Assembly: GCF_008033135.1 (NCBI RefSeq)
Contig: NZ_CP041335.1
Span: forward strand, 499,513 to 531,512
DNA length: 32,000 nucleotides
Source of the DNA: Chitinolyticbacter meiyuanensis
GTDB lineage: Bacteria; Pseudomonadota; Gammaproteobacteria; Burkholderiales; Chitinibacteraceae
Direction of reading: 5' to 3'
Shown here piece by piece: positions 10,065 through 21,146 of this stretch. The first letter of the stretch is position 1, and each line of letters opens with the position of its first letter. Both the position numbers and the translations under genes were made by a program. Under the pieces are notes generated by a model. The model searched no databases. It saw only the letters and a program-made list of their open reading frames with translations, and was not told the origin of the DNA.

Positions 10065-10408
10065 TGTTCGCCTTCTGAGGACGCTATGCTTCTGTGCGCC
10101 CTAACGTGGAAGTAACCGGCCCCGAAGCGCCAGCGAAGGGAACCCAAATGCACAGCATTTGGGCTGTCCGGTTGACCGAAAGGTTAGAAGTCAATCTGCA
10201 ACCCCATAAAGCGCAGCTGTGCGCCTCGCTCAGAGCGCTTAACAACAACTGGTTTGAACCGAAGCAAACGTGATCTTAGGGCCCCGTTTTTTTTTTTGCG
10301 CCTGCTCGACGCGTGGCAGGCGCGCAGCAGGCAAAACCCACGCGAGTCCTGGGCAGATGGTCACTTTATGCTTAACGGCACACAATCGAATGACTGGCGC
10401 TTTGCGTT

Positions 10409-10484
<76 letters not shown>

Positions 10485-10648
10485 GTGGAGCCATCATAGC
10501 AACGCGGCCCCCCTGCAAAAAGTGGCCATTGATGCGGCGACGTGATGATTTGCGCCAGCGCAAACCGTGGAAGCGACTGAACACATCCGCGATGGCCGAG
10601 CAGAAACCGGATGTGTCGGCCGCCAAGGCGGGTTCGGCAAAATCCGCT

Positions 10649-10678
10649 CTTGAAAACGTCACACGGCGTCCATATTAT
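10649..10678 (+). promoter_or_regulatory. sigma32-type heat-shock promoter of groESL
   Basis: CTTGAAA (10649..10655), 14 nt, then CCATATTAT (10670..10678), compared with the consensus CTTGAAA-N13-15-CCCCATNT. About 100 nt upstream of groES. Confidence 0.6.
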
Positions 10679-10704
10679 TAGCACTCGTTAGCGATGAGTG
10701 CTAA
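10678..10704 (+). promoter_or_regulatory. CIRCE element (HrcA operator)
   Basis: TTAGCACTC-GTTAGCGAT-GAGTGCTAA is a perfect match to the CIRCE consensus TTAGCACTC-N9-GAGTGCTAA. It abuts or overlaps the -10 element. Confidence 0.85.
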
Positions 10705-10778
10705 CCGTCAAATTGTTGCAAGCGCAACCTGAGATGTTGCACCTGTTTCGCGTCATTCATTTCGCAGGAGTTTGAAAG

Positions 10779-11069
10779 ATGGCAATTCGTCCCTTGCACG
10801 ACCGCGTCGTGATCAAGCGTGTGGAAGCTGAAGAAAAGACCGCCTCCGGCATCGTGCTGCCAGGCGCAGCTGCCGAAAAGCCGGATCTGGGCGAAGTCGT
10901 TGCGATCGGCACCGGCAAGCTGCTGGAAAACGGTTCGGTCCGTCCGCTCGCAGTCAAGGTGGGTGACAAGGTCATCCTCGGCAAGTACAGCGGCCAGACC
11001 GTGAAGGTGAACGGTGAAGAACTCACCGTGGTGCGCGAAGAAGACATCTTCGGCATCCTCGAAGCCTGA
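10779..11069 (+). CDS. groES: co-chaperonin GroES
   Basis: 96-aa [32 protein letters not shown]..., a canonical Cpn10 sequence located upstream of groEL. Confidence 0.97.
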   Translation: MAIRPLHDRVVIKRVEAEEKTASGIVLPGAAAEKPDLGEVVAIGTGKLLENGSVRPLAVKVGDKVILGKYSGQTVKVNGEELTVVREEDIFGILEA

Positions 11070-11233
11070 TTTCGGTTTGCCTTCGATTCGATGACTGCGT
11101 TGGCTGCGCTGCGAATCTCCTCGCCGTACTCATGTACGGCTGTGTCGAGTCTTGCTTGCCGCCTTGTCCTCGAATCGAATCCTTCCCGAAATGCTGCTGC
11201 ACACAGCGTGCAGCACTCCCCAGAATTCAATGA

Positions 11234-12889
<1,656 letters not shown>

Positions 12890-12914
12890 GCCAGCCCGGC
12901 ACCTGGTACCAAGC

Positions 12915-12945
12915 AAAACGCCACCTTCGGGTGGCGTTTTGTTTT
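12915..12945 (+). terminator. rho-independent terminator of groESL
   Basis: AAAACGCCACC-TTCG-GGTGGCGTTTT followed by GTTTT, about 25 nt after the groEL stop. Confidence 0.8.
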
Positions 12946-12985
12946 GCAATCAAGCTTGGTAAAGGGTAATAAGCGACGGCGCGTT

Positions 12986-15172
<2,187 letters not shown>

Positions 15173-15268
15173 GGCGGCGTGAACAAGGCTAATCGCGGAT
15201 TGTCGCAGATTTGCCCGGTGCTGCCAAAATCGATCAGCGGAAAAACCTGAAAATTCAGTTGGATATGA

Positions 15269-16027
15269 TCAAACGGGGGTCGCTTGCATGGTACGCAGCT
15301 GGGCCTGGATCGCGGCGCGCAGCAAGCGCACTGCTGCCCGCAACAGCCAGAGCAGCAAGCCCAGCGCCAATCCGCCCAGCAGCAGCAGGGCCAGGCCGAA
15401 CAGCGCAGAGCCAGTGCGGCTGGGTGCGAGTCCGTGCAGGGTGAATTGCGCTTCGCCATCGCGCAGCAGCAGGCGCCCGCCTTCGAGCCGCACCGCGTCG
15501 TCGCCCGACTCGATCAGCACAGAGGCTCGCCCGGCGGCATCCGGCTGGATTAGTATCCGGTCCGTGCCGTCGCTCACGGCAATGCGTGCCTGCGGCGCCA
15601 GCCAGCGCTCCAGCGCGGCATCCACGCTGCCGCTGTTGCCAAACAGGGCGCTGCCGAGCACGACGATCCCCAGTCCGGCGATCAGTGCGGCCACCAGGCT
15701 GGCACCACTCAGCAGCAATAGCCAGAGCAGGGTGGGCAGTGCCAGCAGCAGATTGACTGCACCGAGGCTTGCCGTGGCCAGCACCACTTGCCACAGGGCC
15801 GGCAACGAGCGCCGGGTTTCCCAAGCAGCAACCGAGCGCTCCACCCGCAGGGTGCGGCCCAGCTCGCGCGGATCGCCCAGCGCGGCTGCGATCTCGGTTT
15901 CGTTGCGCCCTTCCGCCAGGCCCTCGCGAAAATACTCACGGTAATCGGCCAGGATGTCGTCCCGTTGTGCCTGCTGCAGTCCGGCCAAGGCGGCAGCCAG
16001 TTGTTGCAGGAATTCGTGCTGGGTCAT
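15269..16027 (-). CDS. DUF1700-type membrane protein (partner of PadR regulator)
   Basis: Start chosen at ATG 16027 (MTQHEFLQQLAAALAGL...DILADYREYFREGLAEGRNE...), which overlaps the padR stop (ATGA). Several TM segments follow. Confidence 0.75.
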   Translation of the reverse strand: MTQHEFLQQLAAALAGLQQAQRDDILADYREYFREGLAEGRNETEIAAALGDPRELGRTLRVERSVAAWETRRSLPALWQVVLATASLGAVNLLLALPTLLWLLLLSGASLVAALIAGLGIVVLGSALFGNSGSVDAALERWLAPQARIAVSDGTDRILIQPDAAGRASVLIESGDDAVRLEGGRLLLRDGEAQFTLHGLAPSRTGSALFGLALLLLGGLALGLLLWLLRAAVRLLRAAIQAQLRTMQATPV

Positions 16028-16356
16028 GACGATGCTCCAGATGCGTCGGGCGCGAATACCACGGCCTCGACCTCGTTGACGAAACTGCGCCACTCATCGC
16101 GCATGGTGGCAAGCGCAGCGTGCCCGGCCGTGCTGAGCCGGTAGTACTTGCGGGAGGGGCCGCTGGCCGATTCGACCAGGTAGGTCTCCACCCAGTCTTC
16201 CTGCTGCAGCCTGCGCATCAGTGGGTAGATGGTGCCCTCGCTGATGTCCATGCCCGCGCTCAATTGCGTCACCAGCTGGTAGGCATAGCTGTCGCCGCGG
16301 GCGAGGACGGCAAGCACGCACATGTCGAGCGTGCCTTTCTTCAGTTGGATTTTCAT
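16024..16356 (-). CDS. PadR family transcriptional regulator
   Basis: 110-aa ORF MKIQLKKGTLDMCVLAVLARGDSYAYQLVTQL...GTIYPLMRRLQQEDWVETY, a typical PadR winged helix. Confidence 0.85.
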   Translation of the reverse strand: MKIQLKKGTLDMCVLAVLARGDSYAYQLVTQLSAGMDISEGTIYPLMRRLQQEDWVETYLVESASGPSRKYYRLSTAGHAALATMRDEWRSFVNEVEAVVFAPDASGASS

Positions 16357-16478
16357 CGTTCAGGGCCGCAGTGAATGAGCGCAATATATGGCAAGGTATC
16401 TTGTATTGCAAGATAGTTTGCGTTGCGTGTCGAAGCGAGCGCTCGTACCCGCTGGTCCGGTTGTCTTTGAGGGAGAGG

Positions 16479-16973
16479 CTAGATGGCGTTCCCGCGCAGC
16501 ATATGGCACTCCAGCTCAGCCGCAGTGCGCCCAACCAGCAGGGTCAGCAGGCCCTGCATCCGTTCCAGGCGATTCAGCGCGCGATCGTCCGCGACTGCCA
16601 GTAGTCCGATTACCTGACCATCGCTACCGGGCAGCGGCAGGCCACAGTAGCCGGAGTACACGCCGGTGGCGGCTGGGAATTGCTGCTGCACGTCGCACGG
16701 CATTGATACCGCATTGCCAGCCAGCACGCTGGCGCATGGTGTGTTCTGCAGCTGGTAGCTGACGGGTGCCTTGGGATTGGCACCGTCGACGAACACCAGG
16801 CTATAGCCCTGGCCGGCATGCCGGGCGTCGCGCAACGTGACAAACGCGAAGCGCGCGCCGGTGAGCCGGGTCAGGCACAGCGCCTGCGCCACGAAGAACT
16901 TGGGGCCGCGATAGTTGGCCGTGGCGCGGGCGATGTCGGCTTGGGTCTGGTTGATCCACTCGGTTTCGGTCAT
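16479..16973 (-). CDS. GAF domain-containing protein
   Basis: Start chosen at ATG 16973, with GGAG upstream. The C-terminal half ...GYCGLPLPGSDGQVIGLLAVADDRAL... is GAF-like. The family assignment is tentative. Confidence 0.55.
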   Translation of the reverse strand: MTETEWINQTQADIARATANYRGPKFFVAQALCLTRLTGARFAFVTLRDARHAGQGYSLVFVDGANPKAPVSYQLQNTPCASVLAGNAVSMPCDVQQQFPAATGVYSGYCGLPLPGSDGQVIGLLAVADDRALNRLERMQGLLTLLVGRTAAELECHMLRGNAI

Positions 16974-17035
16974 GACGTACTCCGCTGGCAGATGGTGGCA
17001 GTATGGCAAAGCTGTCACTCAAGCCCAGAGGAAAC

Positions 17036-17356
17036 ATGGCCAATCTTTACGACCAGCTGCCGATTGCCTTGCCGGACGAGGTGTTTACCGATCTGGTGCG
17101 CCAGGACGGCGTGCGGATCGAACGCATCGTCTCCCATGGCCAGGCCACGCCGGATGGCGTGTGGTACGACCAGGCCGAATACGAGTGGGTGCTGCTGCTG
17201 GCTGGGGCCGCCGGACTGATGTTCGACGACGGCACGCCGCCGCTCGAACTCGCGCCGGGCGAGCATGTGCTGCTGGCGCCGCACCGGCGCCATCGCGTCA
17301 GCTATACCGCGCCGCAGACGGTGTGGCTGGCGGTGTGGTGGTCGCCCCAGGCCTGA
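17036..17356 (+). CDS. cupin domain protein
   Basis: Start chosen at ATG 17036, with GAGGAAAC upstream. The sequence ...RIERIVSHGQATP...YDQAEYEWVLLLAGAAGL...PGEHVLLAPHRRHRV has a small cupin_2-like architecture. Confidence 0.6.
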   Translation: MANLYDQLPIALPDEVFTDLVRQDGVRIERIVSHGQATPDGVWYDQAEYEWVLLLAGAAGLMFDDGTPPLELAPGEHVLLAPHRRHRVSYTAPQTVWLAVWWSPQA

Positions 17357-17357
17357 A

Positions 17358-17552
17358 TCACGGGCATGCCACCCGCCAGGCATCCAAGTTGCGCCGCTTG
17401 AGTACGCCGGAGAACTTCAGCTGCTTTGCCTGCGGGCAGAACTGGCTGGTGTCGCCGGTGAGATCGGTGTACTCGGCCATGAACACCGCCTTGCCGGCGT
17501 CGGTATAGGGCTTGAGGTCGGCGCACCAGCCGTAGTGCGCGCAGTCTTCCGT
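17358..17552 (-). pseudogene. 3' fragment of a GH114 (endo-alpha-1,4-polygalactosaminidase-like) gene cut off by prophage insertion
   Basis: Minus-strand reading gives EDCAHYGWCADLKPYTDAGKAVFMAEYTDLTGDTSQFCPQAKQLKFSGVLKRRNLDAWRVACP*, the expected C-terminal block of GH114 proteins. It continues the reading frame interrupted at 25686. The track ORF 17358..17663 extends artefactually into phage DNA. Confidence 0.75.
17548..17552. repeat. attL core (TCCGT)
   Basis: Shared pentanucleotide at the left host/phage junction. Host GH114 sequence lies to the left and phage sequence to the right. Confidence 0.6.
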
Positions 17553-17634
17553 TTTTGCCCACCTTTTCTTACATCGCCGTTCGTCGGCTTGTTGGTCTAA
17601 TCTGTCAATTGTCGCCAACAACATACAGAACAGC

Positions 17635-18234
17635 ATGCTGATTGGATACGCACGGGTTAGCACTGATCATCAAGTAACTGACGTCCAACGTCGGGAATTG
17701 CAGCGTGTTGGCTGCAAAGTCATCTACGAAGAAACGCGATCAGGCGCCACCATGCGCCGACCAGAACTAAGAGCAATGCTTGAACGTCTCCAGCCCGGGG
17801 ACGTTGTTCTAGTCTACAAGCTGGATCGCATCGCACGATCCCTGAAAGACCTGCTGACCATCATCGAGCACATCGAGGACTCGGGAGCAGAGTTCAAATC
17901 CCTGACCGAAATCATCGACACCACCCAGCCATCGGGACGCATGATCCTACAAATCCTCGGGGCATTTGCCGAGTTCGAGAAAGAGCTAACCCGGGAACGC
18001 ACGAAAGCTGGACTAAAGGCAGCCAAAGAGCGCGGTGTCCGGCTAGGCCGAGAGCGTGTGCTATCCGACGATGAGGCTGCAAAGATAGTAGCGCTATGGT
18101 CTAACGGATCATTCAACAAGCTGCAGCTATCCCGCAAATTCAACATATCTCGCCGAACCATCAGCAGAGCAATTGACCGCGCTAACCGCGAAGCTCAACC
18201 CGAGCTGTTCGCCCATGTCCTGGCCGGGGATTAA
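17635..18234 (+). CDS. small serine recombinase (resolvase/invertase family)
   Basis: 199-aa ORF MLIGYARVSTDHQ... with the catalytic Ser in the YARVST motif, ...LVYKLDRIARS..., and a C-terminal HTH (LSRKFNISRRTISRAI). Lies 82 bp inside the left prophage end. Confidence 0.9.
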   Translation: MLIGYARVSTDHQVTDVQRRELQRVGCKVIYEETRSGATMRRPELRAMLERLQPGDVVLVYKLDRIARSLKDLLTIIEHIEDSGAEFKSLTEIIDTTQPSGRMILQILGAFAEFEKELTRERTKAGLKAAKERGVRLGRERVLSDDEAAKIVALWSNGSFNKLQLSRKFNISRRTISRAIDRANREAQPELFAHVLAGD

Positions 18235-18433
18235 CCCGGCCACCCTACGGGCAAGGGACGGCATGGGCTCTACCCACATCCGCTACGACGACACGCCGCC
18301 CGGCTAGCAGAAAGACCGTCTGGCCCGTCACGGCCCGGTGTCGGCTTCGCCTGCCCCCGGCCGTGCCCAGCCATCGACGTAAAAACCACCCGGGCGGCTT
18401 TTCGTGACGGTCGCTTTATTCCGACAGACGGCT

Positions 18434-18462
18434 TTGCGTATTTATGTGACAGTCACTATAAT
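18434..18462 (+). promoter_or_regulatory. sigma70-type promoter of the H-NS-like gene with an operator in the spacer
   Basis: TTGCGT (18434..18439), a 17-nt spacer, then TATAAT (18457..18462). The spacer contains the GTGACAGTCAC palindrome (18446..18456). Confidence 0.55.
18446..18456. promoter_or_regulatory. GTGACAGTCAC palindrome, copy 1
   Basis: Perfect GTGAC-N-GTCAC immediately 5' of the TATAAT box. Confidence 0.6.
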
Positions 18463-18496
18463 TTGAGTGTGGGCAACGTGCGTTAAGGGGATTGAA

Positions 18497-19183
18497 ATGC
18501 GTGACAGTCACGATGACAAAACACTGCAGCTAGATGTGGGCGAAACACCAAAGAAACGCGGTAGGCCAGCACTGGGCGATAAGCCAATGACTGCTGCTGA
18601 GCGCAAAGCCAAATCCCGACTTCAAGCAAAGCGCACAGCCTTGAGCATCGACCTCGATAACTTGAAAACCTTAAGCGATGAACAACTCCTTTACCTAATG
18701 AGAAACATGGTAGGCATAGCTAGTCGCGCCAGGCTTGCATGGGCCGAATATGGTCGCCGTCACGAAATCCTTGTTTTCGATCCTAGCGATGCGGTGCGAG
18801 CTCAGATACAGAGCCTGAAGGCAGCGGAAAGCAGACTTCAAAAAGCTATCGAGGTGACTGTCACAAAAGAAGCGCCCGCTCCTGGAAAGCCGAATAAAGT
18901 GACTGGCACAAAAGAAAAGAAGGACGAAGCGGCCCCACCAGTGCAAGAACGCCTGCCGATGGCAGACTTGATCCGCGAAGCAAAGACGCGAGGTAAATTC
19001 GCGACTGTCACTAATTCAAAGCCTACACAGAAGAATAAAGCGGCAGTCACTAAAACGCCCGCTGCAAAGTACCAGCATCCTACCGAGGCAAACGCCACGT
19101 GGAGCGGGCGAGGGAAGAAGCCTCAATGGGTTATCGACTGGATGGCATCAGGTAAATCGCTCGAGGCTCTCGAGAGCAAATGA
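18497..19183 (+). CDS. H-NS family DNA-binding protein with N-terminal AT-hook-like motif (prophage-encoded)
   Basis: Start chosen at ATG 18497, with AAGGGG 6 nt upstream. The N-terminus has PKKRGRPALG (RGRP AT-hook core). The centre is helical and followed by a K/T/P-rich linker. The C-terminus AAKYQHPTEANATWSGRGKKPQWVIDWMASGKSLEALE matches the H-NS C-terminal DNA-binding domain (TW[ST]G[QR]G+xP...GKSL[DE]). Confidence 0.8.
   Translation: MRDSHDDKTLQLDVGETPKKRGRPALGDKPMTAAERKAKSRLQAKRTALSIDLDNLKTLSDEQLLYLMRNMVGIASRARLAWAEYGRRHEILVFDPSDAVRAQIQSLKAAESRLQKAIEVTVTKEAPAPGKPNKVTGTKEKKDEAAPPVQERLPMADLIREAKTRGKFATVTNSKPTQKNKAAVTKTPAAKYQHPTEANATWSGRGKKPQWVIDWMASGKSLEALESK
18501..18511. promoter_or_regulatory. 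GTGACAGTCAC palindrome, copy 2
   Basis: Perfect copy at codons 2-5 of the H-NS-like gene, 55 bp centre-to-centre from copy 1. Confidence 0.6.
18854..18864. promoter_or_regulatory. GTGACTGTCAC palindrome, copy 3 (inside the H-NS-like CDS)
   Basis: Perfect copy. A one-mismatch copy GTGACTGGCAC lies 45 bp downstream at 18899..18909, both followed by AAAAGAA. Another one-mismatch copy GCGACTGTCAC is at 19001..19011. Confidence 0.5.
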
Positions 19184-19245
19184 AGCTGACGCCGGCATGT
19201 AAGCACTCATGTCAGCAATGGCCACACTAATTTCTCTGAAAACAG

Positions 19246-19270
19246 AAAAGCCCGCGATCGCGGGCTTTTT
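19246..19270. terminator. bidirectional rho-independent terminator between convergent genes
   Basis: AAAA-GCCCGCGATCGCGGGC-TTTTT: a 16-nt perfect palindrome flanked by A and T runs, between the stops at 19183 (+) and 19283 (-). Confidence 0.75.
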
Positions 19271-19282
19271 GGTCTGTAGCTA

Positions 19283-19681
19283 TCAAGAATCAGCGTTTTT
19301 AACTCGTCGACGGCTTCGGCCGGGGTCCACCTGGTTGTTTTCCAATAGGTTGCATCTATCCAGATCAACCACACGCCGCCCACTCTCTTCACGCATCTGC
19401 CGCAGCAACTCAGCCTCAAATAGCTTCGTCAACCGTCCCATATGCCACGTAAACGCACTACAACCAACATAGGCGTATGAAGCAAAAGCAGCATGACGGC
19501 TGGACCAGTTGCAATAACGTCCATTGCGTCGGCGGAAGCGCCAATACAGAGAGCTGAGCTCGCCCCAAAACGCCCAAGCCATTACCGCCACAAACAGCAT
19601 AAGCAACACACCGAGCTGAAATCCCGCCCAAAACACCTGCATGGCGGCCTCAGCAAGTTGCTGCGTTTCCAATTCACTCAT
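19283..19681 (-). CDS. hypothetical prophage membrane protein
   Basis: 132-aa ORF with AGGAAAG upstream of ATG 19681, two hydrophobic segments near the N-terminus and a basic C-terminal half. No family recognised. Confidence 0.5.
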   Translation of the reverse strand: MSELETQQLAEAAMQVFWAGFQLGVLLMLFVAVMAWAFWGELSSLYWRFRRRNGRYCNWSSRHAAFASYAYVGCSAFTWHMGRLTKLFEAELLRQMREESGRRVVDLDRCNLLENNQVDPGRSRRRVKNADS

Positions 19682-19695
19682 TGTCTTTCCTTTTT

Positions 19696-19706
19696 GTGAC
19701 CGTCAC
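19696..19706. promoter_or_regulatory. GTGACCGTCAC palindrome, copy 4
   Basis: Perfect GTGAC-N-GTCAC 15 nt upstream of the ATG of the 132-aa ORF, directly 5' of its RBS. Confidence 0.55.
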
Positions 19707-19840
19707 TCAGCGGCAATCCGTCGGGCGAGGTGAACGTATCGGGCACTCAGCCCATGCGATGAAATCGATCCGCCGTTGCTCTGGCGTTCTATCGAGAGAT
19801 GCGCAGCCAGAAAGGATCAGCACAAGGAGAACGGCGCACC

Positions 19841-20833
19841 TCATACCGATGCCCCGCCGTGCTCAACTGGTTGTAGCTGCTGCTGCTGCTGCTGCGTCTG
19901 CTGCTGATCCGGTGCAAGGTGCGGCAGGAAGATGCCATTAGCGACGATGTTGCGGCACAAGTCATCGTCCATCTGAATCGGCGTGGCTTGATTGGTGTAG
20001 CACTTGCAGCGGTCGCCGATGGTGACGCATGCCTGAGGCGCCGGAATCTGCTGCGGCTTGGCCAAGTCGTCGTAGGCCGGGGCGGTGTGCGGGAGCCCGT
20101 CCAGGCGCGGCTGCTGTTTCTCGATCCACGACAGCTCTGGCTTTGCCATGGCGGTCTGCTGGGGTGTGTAGCCGGCAGGCATTGCTTGCCCTTCCGCCAC
20201 TTCGGCAGCTTGAGGATTCTGCAAGCGGTTTAGGTACTTGGTGGCAGTCCAGATCAGCCCGGCCAGCACGAACGGCAGTAGCAGCAGGAAGAAGACGCGG
20301 GGCGGTATACGGCGCTTATGCGTGTGCATCTCAGCCGACTTGTAATAGCTAAATACCTCCTTCGGGTATCCCCACTTGGTTTTGACGGCATCGGCGCGGG
20401 AGGTATCGCAGTTGAGCTTTACTTGAGCCCATTCGTTGAGGTTAGCGGCATGCATGCCAAAGGCCCGCATGACATGGACGTGGCGCCCCACGAGCGGCCG
20501 CACGTTGCCATCGAGTAGGCGCGGGCCTTGCGTGATCAGAAACAGATCGTGGCCATTGTGACGGTGCGTTTCGCACTTGGAGACATGCTCGGGCACTTGC
20601 GATCCATTGGCACGGGGCCGAAACACGCGCTGGCACTCATCAATGACGATGATGGCGCCGGGCGGTAGCTTGTGCCAATCCTCGGCTTTGTCGAGCTCAA
20701 GCCACGGCAACTTGAGATCCGAGATCCCGGAGTAATAAACCTGCCGACCCTCTTTTTCGGCCATCTGGTTCACATACCAGAGCGTATATAGCGTTTTCCC
20801 AGCGCCGGGCTGTCCAGTAATGAGCGTAATCAT
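19841..20833 (-). CDS. Zot-like / gI-type filamentous phage assembly ATPase
   Basis: 330-aa ORF MITLITGQPGAGKTLYTLWYV with Walker A, a Walker B-like IIVIDECQ, a central TM segment (VFFLLLLPFVLAGLIW) and a Q-rich C-terminus. Its start overlaps the upstream gVI-like gene (ATGA). Confidence 0.88.
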   Translation of the reverse strand: MITLITGQPGAGKTLYTLWYVNQMAEKEGRQVYYSGISDLKLPWLELDKAEDWHKLPPGAIIVIDECQRVFRPRANGSQVPEHVSKCETHRHNGHDLFLITQGPRLLDGNVRPLVGRHVHVMRAFGMHAANLNEWAQVKLNCDTSRADAVKTKWGYPKEVFSYYKSAEMHTHKRRIPPRVFFLLLLPFVLAGLIWTATKYLNRLQNPQAAEVAEGQAMPAGYTPQQTAMAKPELSWIEKQQPRLDGLPHTAPAYDDLAKPQQIPAPQACVTIGDRCKCYTNQATPIQMDDDLCRNIVANGIFLPHLAPDQQQTQQQQQQLQPVEHGGASV

Positions 20834-21144
20834 TTAGTCACCCACTTTTTAACGGTTTCGCCGGTCAGGCCGTTGAGTACCATTCGCGCGACGATGGCCG
20901 AAAAGACAATAGAAAGCACGACGTCGAGCTTCATCACGCCGAGCACCTGTAAAACACCCGGCGGCGCACCTGAAATCACGGATTTGACGTTGTTGAATAT
21001 GCTATCCAGACCAGTGCGCAGGCCGGTATAAGTCACGACGCCAACACCCATTGCAATAATGGCGCGACCGATAATCGTGCCAGCAGCACTGGCAAGGGCG
21101 CCAACAAGGGCGGGAACGAATACAGCAAGTAACGGTACTGGCAT
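20830..21144 (-). CDS. gVI-like minor coat protein (DUF2523-type)
   Basis: 104-aa ORF, very hydrophobic (MPVPLLAVFVPALVGALASAAGTIIGRAIIAMGVGVVTYTGL...VLGVMKLDVVLSIVFSAIVARMVLNGLTG), positioned between the gIII-like and Zot genes as in other inoviruses. Confidence 0.75.
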   Translation of the reverse strand: MPVPLLAVFVPALVGALASAAGTIIGRAIIAMGVGVVTYTGLRTGLDSIFNNVKSVISGAPPGVLQVLGVMKLDVVLSIVFSAIVARMVLNGLTGETVKKWVTK

Positions 21145-21146
21145 GA

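Noticed and set aside
9569-10105. 12-bp perfect inverted repeat GTTAGGGCGCAC / GTGCGCCCTAAC flanking the 164-aa ORF, possibly a MITE or cassette boundary
   Set aside because: A rough estimate gives about one such 12-bp inverted pair within 600 bp per 32-kb window by chance. There are no target-site duplications or further symmetry, so evidence for a mobile cassette is insufficient.
10287-10297. T11 homopolymer followed by the hairpin GCGCCTGC-N10-GCAGGCGC, considered as a phase-variable tract or terminator
   Set aside because: It is not within or just upstream of any credible ORF or promoter. The T run precedes rather than follows the hairpin on the plus strand and becomes an A run on the minus strand, so it does not fit a terminator for the tRNA either.
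17553-17663. N-terminal part (MLTRAYPISMLFCMLLATIDRLDQQADERRCKKRWAK) of ORF 17358..17663
   Set aside because: This is phage DNA read antisense across attL and the recombinase start. It is fused by chance to the GH114 3' fragment and is not a real N-terminus.
18235-18433. G+C-rich 200-bp non-coding stretch between the recombinase and the H-NS-like promoter, with hairpins at 18222..18241 and 18329..18365, considered as a small RNA or a res-like accessory site
   Set aside because: There is no T-run terminator, no repeats matching the att arms, and only one degenerate palindrome copy (18404). There is not enough signal to call a feature.
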